Source of the DNA: Acidimicrobiales bacterium
GTDB lineage: Bacteria; Actinomycetota; Acidimicrobiia; Acidimicrobiales; Bin134
NCBI GenBank assembly: GCA_965208805.1
Contig: OZ242355.1
Location: 181,577-245,576, forward strand
Direction of reading: 5' to 3'
DNA: 64,000 bases
Below the pieces are notes generated by a model that saw nothing but the letters and a program-made list of their open reading frames with translations, was not told where the DNA came from and ran no database searches. This document shows, in pieces, positions 21,091 to 31,088 of this stretch. How positions within the stretch are numbered: position 1 is the first letter of the stretch; each line of letters opens with the position of its first letter. Both the position numbers and the translations under genes were made by a program.

Positions 21091-23493
21091 ATGACTGAAT
21101 CCTCTACGGCGGTGGTGGGGAGCAGGTTGCTTCGGAAGGAGGATCCTGAACTGCTTACCGGGGAGGCCCGGTTTGTGGACGATCTGGACCTCACGGGGGC
21201 GCTTTGGGTGGCTTGTGTGCGGAGTCCTCATGCCCATGCCCGCATCAACTCGGTGGACTTGAGCGCTGCTCTTGATGCCGATGGGGTGGTGGCTGCTTAT
21301 TCGGGGGCGGATCTGGCGGAGTCTTGGGGGCCGTTGCCTTGTGCTTGGCCGGTGACCGACGACATGAAGAATCCGGCCCATCTGCCGATTGCGGTGGACA
21401 AGGCCAACTATGTGGGCGATGTGGTGGCGGTGGTGCTGGCTGACGACCGCTATGGGGCGGTCGACGCTGCCGCGCTGGTGGAGGTGGACTACGAGCCACT
21501 CGACGCGGTGGTGGACCTCGAGGACGCCTTGGCCGACGGCACGGTTATCCACGATGACTTGGGTACCAACGCTTCCTACACCTGGGAGCTGACCCCGGAT
21601 GCCGACGCGGTGGAGGCTGCGTTTGCTGCCGCCGACCATGTGGTGCAAGAGCGTTATATCCAGCAGCGCCTCATTCCCGCGGCCATGGAGCCTCGGGGGG
21701 TGGTGGCGGTGCCTTCGCCGTTCGGGGGCGACATCACCATCTACTCGGCTACTCAGATTCCCCACATCCTCAAGGTCATGGTGGCCCTCACTCTGGGGCT
21801 CCCAGAGCAGAAGGTGCGGGTTGTGGCCCCTTGGGTTGGGGGCGGTTTCGGCTCGAAGCTGAACGTGTATGCCGAGGAGATCATGTGTACTGCGCTGGCC
21901 CTGCGCCATGGCGTGCCGGTGCGCTGGACCGAGGGCCGCTCCGAGGCTGCCGGGTCCACCATTCAGGGCCGGGGCCAGATTCAGGACATCGAGTTGGCCG
22001 CCGACGCCCAGGGCCGGATAAGCGCGGTGCGGGTGAAGCTAGTGGCCGACATGGGGGCCTATCTCCAGTTGGTGACTCCCGGCGTGCCCCTGTTGGGTGC
22101 TTTCCTATACCACGGCTGCTACGACATCCCGAACTACTCCTTCGTGTGTACGGGGGTGTTCACCAACATGACCCCCACCGATGCCTACCGGGGGGCCGGC
22201 CGGCCTGAGGCCACCTACGCCATCGAGCGGGCCATGGACACGCTGGCCGCGGCGGTGGGGGTGGACACGGCCGAGATTCGGCGGCGCAACTTCATCGGTC
22301 CGGAGCAGTTCCCCTACGAGTCGGCCCCCGGGTTGATTTTCGACAGCGGCGACTATCCCCAGGCCTTGGAGAGGGCCCTGGAGGTGGCGGATTACGAGGG
22401 TCTTCGGGCCCAGCAGGCTGAGCGCCGAGCGTCAGGGGACACCCGGCAGGTGGGCGTGGGCCTTTCTAGCTACGTGGAGATGTGCGGTCTGGCCCCGAGC
22501 CGGGTGCTGGCCTCGTTGAACTATGCGGCCGGCGGCTGGGAGTCGGCCACCGTGCGGGTGCTGCCCACCGCCAAGGTACAGGTGGTGACCGGAACATCGC
22601 CCCACGGCCAGGGCCATGAGACGTGTTGGTCGATGATCGTGGCCGACCAGCTGGGCGTTGATCCCGACGACGTGGAGGTGCTGCACTCCGACACCGCCAT
22701 CTCCCCGCTGGGGCTCGACTCCTACGGGTCCCGGTCGCTATCGGTGGGCGGCACCGCGGTGTATATGGCCGCCGACAAGGTGATCGACAAGGCCCGGCTG
22801 ATTGCCGCGCACCAGATGGAAGCCAACGTGGAGGATTTGGAGTTCTCCGACGGCACGTTTCGGGTGAAGGGCCAGCCCGACGCCGAGATGCCGCTGGCCG
22901 CAGTGGCCTTCGAGGCGTTCACCGCTCACAATCTGCCCGACGGCATGGAACCCAACCTGGAAGGCCACATGACCTGGGATCCACCCAACTTCACCTTCCC
23001 GTTCGGGACCCACCTGGCAGTAGTGGAGGTGGACACCGAGACCGGCGAGGTTGAGATGGTGGACTACGTGGCGGTGGACGACTGCGGCAACCAGATCAAC
23101 CCGATGGTGGTAGAGGGCCAGATCCACGGCGGCATCCTCCAGGGGGTGGCCCAGGCGCTGTGGGAGGAGGCCGCGTTTGACGCCGAAGGCCAGCCCCGCA
23201 ATGTCAGCTTCCTTGACTACCTGGTGCCGTCATCGGCTGAGACCCTCTCATTCCGCACCGACTCCACGGTGACACCCAGCCCCACCAACCCGATGGGGGT
23301 GAAGGGCATCGGTGAGGCTGGCACCATCGCCTCCACCCCAGCAGTGGTCAACGCCATTGCCGACGCGCTATCCCCGCTGGGGATCAACAACGTGGAGATG
23401 CCGGCCACGCCCGAACGGATCTGGGAGCTGATCTCCGGGTCGCAGGATCCACCTAGCCGCCTTCGGGGGCTGAGAGGGCTATTGCGGCGTTGA
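21091..23493 (+). CDS. Xanthine dehydrogenase family Mo-binding subunit (CoxL form II-like)
   Basis: RSPHAHA, GGGFGSK, AYRGAGR active-site loop, GQGHET, EGQIHGG, KGIGE; AGGAGG RBS. Confidence 0.92.
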   Translation: MTESSTAVVGSRLLRKEDPELLTGEARFVDDLDLTGALWVACVRSPHAHARINSVDLSAALDADGVVAAYSGADLAESWGPLPCAWPVTDDMKNPAHLPIAVDKANYVGDVVAVVLADDRYGAVDAAALVEVDYEPLDAVVDLEDALADGTVIHDDLGTNASYTWELTPDADAVEAAFAAADHVVQERYIQQRLIPAAMEPRGVVAVPSPFGGDITIYSATQIPHILKVMVALTLGLPEQKVRVVAPWVGGGFGSKLNVYAEEIMCTALALRHGVPVRWTEGRSEAAGSTIQGRGQIQDIELAADAQGRISAVRVKLVADMGAYLQLVTPGVPLLGAFLYHGCYDIPNYSFVCTGVFTNMTPTDAYRGAGRPEATYAIERAMDTLAAAVGVDTAEIRRRNFIGPEQFPYESAPGLIFDSGDYPQALERALEVADYEGLRAQQAERRASGDTRQVGVGLSSYVEMCGLAPSRVLASLNYAAGGWESATVRVLPTAKVQVVTGTSPHGQGHETCWSMIVADQLGVDPDDVEVLHSDTAISPLGLDSYGSRSLSVGGTAVYMAADKVIDKARLIAAHQMEANVEDLEFSDGTFRVKGQPDAEMPLAAVAFEAFTAHNLPDGMEPNLEGHMTWDPPNFTFPFGTHLAVVEVDTETGEVEMVDYVAVDDCGNQINPMVVEGQIHGGILQGVAQALWEEAAFDAEGQPRNVSFLDYLVPSSAETLSFRTDSTVTPSPTNPMGVKGIGEAGTIASTPAVVNAIADALSPLGINNVEMPATPERIWELISGSQDPPSRLRGLRGLLRR

Positions 23494-26017
23494 TCAGGCC
23501 GAGGTGGGAGTAGGCCTGGGGGTGGTTGCCCAGCAAGCGTTCGCTGGCGGGGTCGTATTGCTCGGGAAGCAGGCCGGTGGGGCCGCATAGGTCGAGGTAG
23601 CGGTCGAACAGGGCTCGGGCGTCGTCGATCTGGCCGATGAGTGCGTAGGCCTCGATCAGCCACGACGTGCAGATCAGAAAGCCGCCTTCGGTGCCGGGCA
23701 GACCGTCGTCGTGGCGGTAGCGGTATACCGTCTGGCCGTCTCGAAGCTCGCTCTCTACCGCTTTGAGGGTGGAGACGAAGCGGGAGTCGTCGGGGGGGAG
23801 CAGTCCGCTCAAGCCGATCCACAGCAGGCTGGCATCCAGGTCAGTCGAGCCGTAGGCGGTGGTGTAGGAGCGGCGCTGCTCGTTCCACCCGTTCAAGATC
23901 ACATCGGCGGCGATCTGGTGGCGAAGCGGGCTCCAGTACGAGGCCAGCTCAGGGTCGATGCGCTCGGCGATCTTGATGGCTCGATCTACGGCCATCCAGC
24001 ACATGACCTTGGAGTGGACGTGGTGGCGGGGTGGGCGGCGCTCCTCCCAGATGCCGTGGTCGGGCTCGTGCCAGCGGGCGGCCACCGCTCCCACTACTGC
24101 CTTGACCACTTCCCAGTGCTGGTCGGTGAGGGCCACTTGGGTCTCGCACAGTCGCCAGGCCAAGTCCACCACCGGGCCGAACACGTCGAGCTGCACTTGG
24201 TGCTCGGCGGCATTGCCGATTCTCACCGGGCGACTTCCGGCGTATCCGGCCAATTCGGGCAATACCGCCTCCGGCAGGGCTTCGTCGCCTACCAGGGGAT
24301 ACACCGGGCGGAGCTGTTCGGGTCCGGGGAGATGCTCCACACGGTCGAGTATCCAGTCCAGCAGATGGCAGGCTTCTTGGCTGCTGCCCAGAGCCAGCAG
24401 CGCGGCTGCGCTCATGCTGGCGTCTCGGGGCCAGCAGTAGCGGTAGTCCCAGTTGCGGACGCCGCCCATCACCTCGGGCAGGCTGGTGGTGGCAGCGGCC
24501 AGGATCGCTCCCGAGGGCTGGTGGCACAGCGCCTTGATCACCAGGGCTGATCGCTCCACTTCCTCGGCGGCCACCGATGGCAGCGTGAGCTTCTCTGTCC
24601 AGTCGCGCCAGTACTGCTCGGTGGCCTCGCGGCGATCGACCTCAGCAGTCTCCGACCAGCCAAACCGGCCGGGAACGCCCAGACGCAGCATCATCTCCAG
24701 CGGCGCGCCGTCGAGCTGGACATGGGCCACCGCGGTCTGATTGGGGCCGTCGTCCACTATGTCCCAGCTCAACCCGGGCGCGGTCAGCATCATGGTCTCG
24801 GCGGCGCCGGTGATCTCAAGGCCGTCGTGGATCACGTGCAAGCCGGTGGGGGCCCGGCCGAAGTCCAAGCGGGGGGCGAACTCGATGTCGATTTTCCCGG
24901 TGCCCTCGATGACCCGGACCAAGGTGGTGCGGCCCGCTGACTTGAAGGGCCGCCCACGGGAGCAGTCCAGGTAGTCGGTAACGGTCACATCTGACCACCG
25001 GGTCTCGACCACCATGGTGCTGTCCAGGTAGCGGTGGGAGATGGGCGGGCTGTCGTCGTGGCGGCTGATGGAGAAATGCCCGGCTCGGGCGCCCCCGAGC
25101 AACCCTGCGAACACCGCCGGCGAGTCGGCCCGGGGGTGGCACATCCAGTTCACCGAGGCGTCGGAGGTGACCAGCGCCACTGTCCGCTGGTCGCTGAGCA
25201 GGCTGTGGCGCTCGATGGCCAAGTCGTGTTCACCCATGAGCCACGCCCGCCGACGCTCGGCCACAAGGGCCAGCATCTGGGCCACTGACTGGGGGTCGTG
25301 TAGGCGGCCCCGGGCCAGGGTCGGCTCCGGCCCCACCTTCAGACCGAGGTCGGGGCCCGTCAGCCGGGCGAAGGCGTCCTCGTCGGTGACATCGTCGCCG
25401 GCGAAGATCACCGCCTCGGCCGAAACGTCGGTTCTCAGCCGGTCGAGGGCGTCGCCCTTGTTGAGGTCCAGCACCGACAGCTCCACCACCATCTTGCCGG
25501 TCTTGAGGTGAACGCCATCCCGGGAGCCCGGTCCGCTCAGCACGTCTTTCACCGCGAACGCAGCGATCTCGGGTTCGGCCTTGCGATAGTGGAACGCGAC
25601 TCCGGCTGGCTTGGGCTCGACGATGAACCCGTGGTCGCGCCGGGCGATGTCGTTCAGCTCCCCCAGTACCCGGTCGCGCAGGTCCCGCTGCTCGGGGGAC
25701 AGGTCGTCGGAGAAGCCGACGTCGAACTCGGTGCCGTGGCTGCCCACCAGGTGGATCTCCTCAGGCAGTCGGCTCAGCGCAGCCAGATCCCGCAACGCCC
25801 TTCCGGAGATCACCGCCACATGGGTGTCGGGCATGGCGGCCAACTGGCGCAGGGCGGCCACCGATTCCCGGAGGGGCCGGGCCTCGTCGGGGTTGTCGAT
25901 GATGGGGGCCAGGGTGCCGTCGTAGTCGCAGGCCACCAGCAGCACCGGCACTCGGGCCAGCTCTCGCAGCCGAGCGTCCACCTCTTCGGCCGCCATGATG
26001 GGGCTGACCTCGTTCAT
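23453..26017 (-). CDS. otsB: Trehalose-6-phosphate phosphatase fused to a GH15 glycoside hydrolase
   Basis: HAD motifs DYDGTL and GDDVTDEDAF; GH15 motifs RNWDYRYCWPRD, QLDVFG, GIWEER, LGNHPQAYSH; ATG 26017 overlaps the otsA stop. Confidence 0.9.
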   Translation of the reverse strand: MNEVSPIMAAEEVDARLRELARVPVLLVACDYDGTLAPIIDNPDEARPLRESVAALRQLAAMPDTHVAVISGRALRDLAALSRLPEEIHLVGSHGTEFDVGFSDDLSPEQRDLRDRVLGELNDIARRDHGFIVEPKPAGVAFHYRKAEPEIAAFAVKDVLSGPGSRDGVHLKTGKMVVELSVLDLNKGDALDRLRTDVSAEAVIFAGDDVTDEDAFARLTGPDLGLKVGPEPTLARGRLHDPQSVAQMLALVAERRRAWLMGEHDLAIERHSLLSDQRTVALVTSDASVNWMCHPRADSPAVFAGLLGGARAGHFSISRHDDSPPISHRYLDSTMVVETRWSDVTVTDYLDCSRGRPFKSAGRTTLVRVIEGTGKIDIEFAPRLDFGRAPTGLHVIHDGLEITGAAETMMLTAPGLSWDIVDDGPNQTAVAHVQLDGAPLEMMLRLGVPGRFGWSETAEVDRREATEQYWRDWTEKLTLPSVAAEEVERSALVIKALCHQPSGAILAAATTSLPEVMGGVRNWDYRYCWPRDASMSAAALLALGSSQEACHLLDWILDRVEHLPGPEQLRPVYPLVGDEALPEAVLPELAGYAGSRPVRIGNAAEHQVQLDVFGPVVDLAWRLCETQVALTDQHWEVVKAVVGAVAARWHEPDHGIWEERRPPRHHVHSKVMCWMAVDRAIKIAERIDPELASYWSPLRHQIAADVILNGWNEQRRSYTTAYGSTDLDASLLWIGLSGLLPPDDSRFVSTLKAVESELRDGQTVYRYRHDDGLPGTEGGFLICTSWLIEAYALIGQIDDARALFDRYLDLCGPTGLLPEQYDPASERLLGNHPQAYSHLGLINAAIALSAPEGG

Positions 26018-27414
26018 TCGCAGACCTCCAGGCGGGCCAGGAAGCGCTCGGCCCAGCGCTGAGCGGTATTGGACCGGACAAGTCGTCTCATGGTCCGCAT
26101 GGCTGGCTCGGTTTCGGCATGGGGGCGGTGGGCAGCGGCCTCCATGGCGGTTTTCAGTCCTTCGATGTCGTGGGGGTTGATCAGCTCGGCGGTTCGCAGC
26201 TCTTGGGCCGCCCCGGTGAATTCCGACAGCACCAGCACTCCGGTGTTGTCGGGGCGGGAGGCCACGTATTCCTTGGCCACGAGGTTCATGCCGTCGCGCA
26301 GCGGGGTCACCAGCATGATGTCGGCGATCAGGTACATGGCCACCAGCTCTTCGATGGGCTGGCTCTGGTGCAGGTAGTGGACCACCGGTCGGCCCATCAC
26401 CCCGAAGTTTCCGTTGACGTCGCCCACCATCTGCTCCACCTCTCGGCGGACCTCGGCGTAGCCGGTGACCTGCGAGCGGCTGGGCTCGGCGATCTGCACC
26501 AATACGCAGTCGTCCACCGAGAGCCGCCCCTCGGCCAACAGCTCCCGGAAGGCTCGCAACCGCACCTCGATGCCCTTGGTGTAGTCGAGGCGGTCCACTC
26601 CCAGCAGCACCGTTCGGGGAGAGCCCAGGGATTGGCGGATCTCCTCCGACCGGGCCTGCACCGCGGGATCGGCGGCCAAACTGGCGATCCGGTCGGTGTC
26701 GATGCCGATGGGAAAGGCCCCCACTTGGCTGGTCCGCCCGTTGTGCTGAATCACTCTTCCGGTGGTTTTGGCTCCGGTTATTCGGTTCACTGCCCGGCAG
26801 AAGTTGTCGGCGCTCAGCGGGGTTTGCAGGCCGATCAAATCCGCCCCCAGCAAGCCGTCGATTATCTCGGCCCGCCACGGCAGCCGGATGTATAGCTCGC
26901 GGGCTGGGAACGGGATGTGGAGGAAGAACCCGATCCGCAGATCGGGCCGGGCTGCCCGCAGCATTCCGGGCACCAGCAGCAGGTGGTAGTCGTGAATCCA
27001 CACGGTGGCGCCGGGGGCGGGCAGATCGGCCACGGTGGCGGCGTAGCGCTGGTTGACGGTGCGATAGGCGTCCCACCATGTGCGGTGGTACTCGGGAGGC
27101 ACCAGGGCGTCGTGGAACAGCGGCCACAAGGTGGCGTTGGAGAACCCCTCGTAGAACAGTTGGAGCTCTCCGTGGCTGACGCCGACCGGGTGGCACTGGA
27201 AGCCGTCGACCTCGAATGGCTCGGTCCCTGGGCCGGGAACTCCGGTCCAGCCGGCCCACACTGCGTCGGGATTGCCCGACATCACTGGGCGCAGGGCCGA
27301 TACCAGTCCACCGGGGCTGGGAACCCACTTGGCCGTCTCGCCCTCCCACACCCGCCTCACCGGGAGCCGATTGGCCGCAACCACGAAGCTCCACTTCTGG
27401 TCTTCTGTGGCCAC
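26014..27414 (-). CDS. otsA: Trehalose-6-phosphate synthase (GT20)
   Basis: ANRLP, GGLVSAL, WIHDYHL, FLHIPFP, DRLDYTKG, RDGMNLVAKEY; start approximate. Confidence 0.95.
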   Translation of the reverse strand: MATEDQKWSFVVAANRLPVRRVWEGETAKWVPSPGGLVSALRPVMSGNPDAVWAGWTGVPGPGTEPFEVDGFQCHPVGVSHGELQLFYEGFSNATLWPLFHDALVPPEYHRTWWDAYRTVNQRYAATVADLPAPGATVWIHDYHLLLVPGMLRAARPDLRIGFFLHIPFPARELYIRLPWRAEIIDGLLGADLIGLQTPLSADNFCRAVNRITGAKTTGRVIQHNGRTSQVGAFPIGIDTDRIASLAADPAVQARSEEIRQSLGSPRTVLLGVDRLDYTKGIEVRLRAFRELLAEGRLSVDDCVLVQIAEPSRSQVTGYAEVRREVEQMVGDVNGNFGVMGRPVVHYLHQSQPIEELVAMYLIADIMLVTPLRDGMNLVAKEYVASRPDNTGVLVLSEFTGAAQELRTAELINPHDIEGLKTAMEAAAHRPHAETEPAMRTMRRLVRSNTAQRWAERFLARLEVCE

Positions 27415-27473
27415 GCGGCCAAAATATCGCGCTGTCAACCGGCAACAGAGATTGTTATGCTGATTGGCGAGGT

Positions 27474-27523
27474 GGCCTCGTCCCGGGTGGCCGAGTCCGA
27501 TTTTGGCGGTTCGGGACGGGGCC
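27474..27523. terminator. GC-rich stem-loop between the sulfatase and otsA
   Basis: ggcctcgtcccgg pairs with tcgggacggggcc (13 bp including two G-U pairs on +), with an inner stem. Confidence 0.45.
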
Positions 27524-27582
27524 GCTCTTTACGTTATCGGGCGAGCGTGTCGATTCATCTAAATAACTGAAAACAAGTGAAA

Positions 27583-29817
27583 TCAGTCAAGAACCAAGAG
27601 CTGATCGGGCAACTCGCGGTCGTCGGCGACTTCGATCACCACTCGGCTGAGGGTTCCGGTGAAGGGGAATTGGCCGGTGGTGCGAGGGCTGGGAGACGGG
27701 GCTTTGGTGAAGCCCACGCTGATTCCCACGGCGTGGATGTGGGTGTTGTGTGTGACCGGCATGTCCACCGAGGCGGCTTCGACGCCGTCCACTAGTAGGC
27801 GGCCGGTGCCGGCGTAGCTGCCGGTTCGCTCAAAGGCGGCGGTCACCGTGACCGGTCCGGAGGGCAGCGCCTCCGCGGTCTCAGCCACGTAGTGCTCCCA
27901 GGCCATGTTGTAGTCCCACACCAGCCGCCCGTCTTGGATGAACAAGGCGAAGCCTGACGCCACGTCACCGCAGGCCACCAGGGTGCCGTCGTCGCCGTCG
28001 GCCCGGCTGAGCTCCGCGGTGATCTCATAGGACACGTTCTTGAGGTCGGGGCAGCCGTCGCTGGGAATATACGCCCCGTCGTAGTAGACGAATCGAGATC
28101 GCCCGGTGATCGGTCGGGGCTTGGGCACGTGGAACCGCTCCAGGATGCGATCGTCCAGGGGCAGCACTTGGTAGGCCCGGGCGGCCTCCCACCATCGGTC
28201 GACGAGCGCGGCCAGCCGCTGGGGCTCGGCTTGGGCTAGATCCCGGGCCTCGGAGAAGTCCTGATCCAGGTGATACAGCTCCCAGCGATCGTCGTCGAAG
28301 TTCTCCCCGGGTATGTGACGGGTCACGGCTTTCCAGCCGTCGACCCACATGGCCCGATGGCCAAACATCTCGTAGTACTGCTCGGCTTTGTTGGTGGGGG
28401 CGTCGGCGTCGGCGAAGGAGTACATCATGCTGGTGCCCTCCATCGGCATCTGGTCTACTCCGGCCACCTCGGCGGGCGGCTCTAGGCCGATGGCCTCCAG
28501 CAGCGTGGGGGTGATGTCGCTCACGTGGTGGTACTGAGTACGAATCGCGCCCCCCTCCGCGATCCCGCCGGCCCAGGAGATGATGAGCGGGTCGCGCACC
28601 CCGCCGGCGTGGGTGTTCTGCTTGTACCACTTGAGCGGGGTGTTGCCGGCCATGGCCCAGCCCATGGGGTACACCATCCAGTTGCCAGGCCCGCCGATGT
28701 CGTCGATATTGGCGAGCTGTTGATCGATGGGCCGAGGGGCGAGGCCGTTCACATAGCGCATGGCGTTCTCGTGGCCCGAGGGGCCGCCTTCTTGGGTGGC
28801 CCCGTTGTCGGACAGCAGAACGAAAACGGTGTTGTCGGCTTGGCCGATCTCCTCAAGCGTGGCGACGAGGCGGCCGAGGTGCTCGTCGGTGTGGGTGAGC
28901 ATCCCGGCATAGGCCTGCTGCATCCGAGCGGCCACCTTCTGCTCGTCGGCGCTCAGGTCGCTCCAGTCGGGCACCCCGGGATTGAACGGGGGCAGATCGG
29001 TGTCGGTGGGAATGATGCCGTTGTCCTTCTGGCGGTGGTACCGCTCTTCTCGGATGTCCCCCCAGCCGGCGTCGTAGCGGCCGTTGTAGCGGTCGACGTA
29101 GGGCTTGGGGACGTGGATCGGGTAGTGGCCGGTGCCGAAGCACAAATACAGAAAGAAGGGCCGCTCGGGCCACGCCGATGTCTGGGCGGTGACCATGGCG
29201 ATGGCCTGGTCCACCAAATCCTCGGTGGCGTGGTAGTCGGGACTCTCGGGCCGGTCGATGTGGTGGTTGTCGGCCACCAAGTCGGGGTCCCAATGGTTGG
29301 TGGCGCCGTCCAAAAAGCCGTAGTAGCGGTCGAAGCCCCGCTGGAGGGGCCATTGATCAAAGGGGCCGGCCGGGGTGGTGTCTTCGATGGGGGCCAAGTG
29401 CCACTTGCCCACCGCGAACGTGGAGTAGCCCGCGGGGCGGAGTATCTCGGCCAGGGTGGCCGCTCGGTTGGTGATGCGCCCGGTGCAGCCGGGAAAGCCG
29501 GTGTCCCAGTTACTCACCACCGCCATGCCTACAGAGTGGTGGTTTCGTCCGGTGAGCAGGGAGGCCCGGGTGGGAGAGCAGATGGAGGTGGTGTGGAAGT
29601 TGTTGTAGCGCAGGCCGGCGGCGGCTAGGGCGTCCATGGTGGGGGTTTCGATTTCGGAGCCAAAGCAGCCGAGGTCAGCGAAGCCGACGTCGTCGAGGAC
29701 GACCATCACCACATTGGGGCTGTTTGGCGGCGGGCCTACCGGCTCGGGCCACCACGGAGTCGAGTCAGCCACCGTGTCGCCGACGACGCCGCCATAGGTT
29801 TGAGCATTAGAAGTCAT
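27583..29817 (-). CDS. Arylsulfatase (formylglycine-dependent)
   Basis: LDDVG, CSPTRASLLTGR (CxPxR), GKWH, SDNG; C-terminal ConA/LamG-like extension. Confidence 0.93.
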   Translation of the reverse strand: MTSNAQTYGGVVGDTVADSTPWWPEPVGPPPNSPNVVMVVLDDVGFADLGCFGSEIETPTMDALAAAGLRYNNFHTTSICSPTRASLLTGRNHHSVGMAVVSNWDTGFPGCTGRITNRAATLAEILRPAGYSTFAVGKWHLAPIEDTTPAGPFDQWPLQRGFDRYYGFLDGATNHWDPDLVADNHHIDRPESPDYHATEDLVDQAIAMVTAQTSAWPERPFFLYLCFGTGHYPIHVPKPYVDRYNGRYDAGWGDIREERYHRQKDNGIIPTDTDLPPFNPGVPDWSDLSADEQKVAARMQQAYAGMLTHTDEHLGRLVATLEEIGQADNTVFVLLSDNGATQEGGPSGHENAMRYVNGLAPRPIDQQLANIDDIGGPGNWMVYPMGWAMAGNTPLKWYKQNTHAGGVRDPLIISWAGGIAEGGAIRTQYHHVSDITPTLLEAIGLEPPAEVAGVDQMPMEGTSMMYSFADADAPTNKAEQYYEMFGHRAMWVDGWKAVTRHIPGENFDDDRWELYHLDQDFSEARDLAQAEPQRLAALVDRWWEAARAYQVLPLDDRILERFHVPKPRPITGRSRFVYYDGAYIPSDGCPDLKNVSYEITAELSRADGDDGTLVACGDVASGFALFIQDGRLVWDYNMAWEHYVAETAEALPSGPVTVTAAFERTGSYAGTGRLLVDGVEAASVDMPVTHNTHIHAVGISVGFTKAPSPSPRTTGQFPFTGTLSRVVIEVADDRELPDQLLVLD

Positions 29818-29899
29818 GTGTGGTTGCTAGCACCTTCGATGGCATCGCTCCACGCTCTCATAGGTTTGAGCATTAGAAGTCATGTGTGGTTGCTAGCAC
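29793..29899. repeat. 41-bp direct repeat (period 66) duplicating the sulfatase start region
   Basis: cataggtttgagcattagaagtcatgtgtggttgctagcac at 29793-29833 and 29859-29899. Confidence 0.95.
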
Positions 29900-29921
29900 A
29901 TCCAGGGTTAAGGTTGGCGTT

Positions 29922-31088
29922 GTGCCGGAGCGGGTCTTGAATGAACGGTTGGTGGAGTTTGGGACGACGATTTTTGCGGAGATGTCGGCGTTGGCTTTGG
30001 TTACGGGGGCTATCAATTTGGGGCAGGGGTTTCCGGATACTGATGGGCCGCGGGAGGTGGCGGATGCGGCGGTGGCGGCCATTCGGGCGGGGCACAACCA
30101 GTATCCGCCGGGGCTGGGGATCGCCGATCTGCGGTTGGCGGTAGCGGAGCATCAGAAGCGGTTCTACGACTTGGACTTCGACCCCGATACAGAGGTGCTC
30201 ATCACTGCGGGGGCCACCGAGGCCATCGCTGCGGTGATGCTGTCGCTGTTGGAGCCGGGCGACGAGGTGGTGTTGTTCGAGCCCTATTACGACTCCCATA
30301 TCGCGGGGATTGCCATGGCCGGGGCTCAGCGGCGGTTGGTGACCTTGCGGCCTCCCCACTATCGGTTCGACCCCGACGAGCTGGCCGCGGCCATCGGGCC
30401 ACGCACCCGGATGATCGTGGTGAACTCGCCGCACAACCCCACCGGCAAGGTGTTCGACCAGGAGGAGCTCGAGCTGATCGCCGAGCTGTGCCGCCGCCAC
30501 GACCTGTTGGCGGTGACCGACGAGGTGTACGAGCACTTGGCCTACGACGGCGAGCACATCCCCCTGGTTTCGCTGCCGGGGATGCGGGAGCGCACCATCT
30601 CGGTGTCGTCGGGGGGCAAGACGTTCTCGTTCACCGGGTGGAAGATCGGCTGGGTGTGCGCGGTACCCGAGCTGCGCGATGCGGTGACCACCACGAAGCA
30701 GTTTTTGACCTTCGTCAATGGGGCGCCGTTCCAGCACGCCATCGCGGTGGGCCTGAGGCTGGGCGATGACTACTTCGACGGTCTGCGGGCCAACCTGATG
30801 GCCCGGCGCGACCAGCTTTCCGATGGGCTGGCCGCGGCCGGGTTCGAGGTGTACCGACCGGCAGGCACCTACTTCGTGACCGCCGATGTGCGGCCGCTGG
30901 GCTTCGACGACGGCATGGCCCTGTGCCGCAGGCTGCCCGAGCTGTGCGGCGTGGTGGCCGTGCCCAGCGTGGTGTTCTACGACAACGAGGATGAGGGGCG
31001 GCACCTGGTTCGGTTCGCCTTCTGCAAGCGTCCTGAAGTGCTCGACGAAGCCGTCGAGCGGCTGGCCAAGCTGGGGACCGGCTCATGA
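29922..31088 (+). CDS. PLP-dependent class I aminotransferase (YbdL/kynurenine-methionine/DapC-like)
   Basis: INLGQGFPD, NSPHNPTG, DEVYEH, SGGKTFSFTGWKIGW; TAAGGT -10 7 nt before GTG 29922. Confidence 0.92.
   Translation: MPERVLNERLVEFGTTIFAEMSALALVTGAINLGQGFPDTDGPREVADAAVAAIRAGHNQYPPGLGIADLRLAVAEHQKRFYDLDFDPDTEVLITAGATEAIAAVMLSLLEPGDEVVLFEPYYDSHIAGIAMAGAQRRLVTLRPPHYRFDPDELAAAIGPRTRMIVVNSPHNPTGKVFDQEELELIAELCRRHDLLAVTDEVYEHLAYDGEHIPLVSLPGMRERTISVSSGGKTFSFTGWKIGWVCAVPELRDAVTTTKQFLTFVNGAPFQHAIAVGLRLGDDYFDGLRANLMARRDQLSDGLAAAGFEVYRPAGTYFVTADVRPLGFDDGMALCRRLPELCGVVAVPSVVFYDNEDEGRHLVRFAFCKRPEVLDEAVERLAKLGTGS

Noticed and set aside
21091-23493. Bona fide aerobic CO dehydrogenase
   Set aside because: Lacks the form I AYxCSFR motif and the coxMS/coxDEF context
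23453-27445. Single 1330-aa protein
   Set aside because: The N-terminal 476 codons are an off-frame shadow of otsA; the real start is 26017. The same applies to the 975-aa (14770-17697) and 500-aa (12043-13545) ORFs
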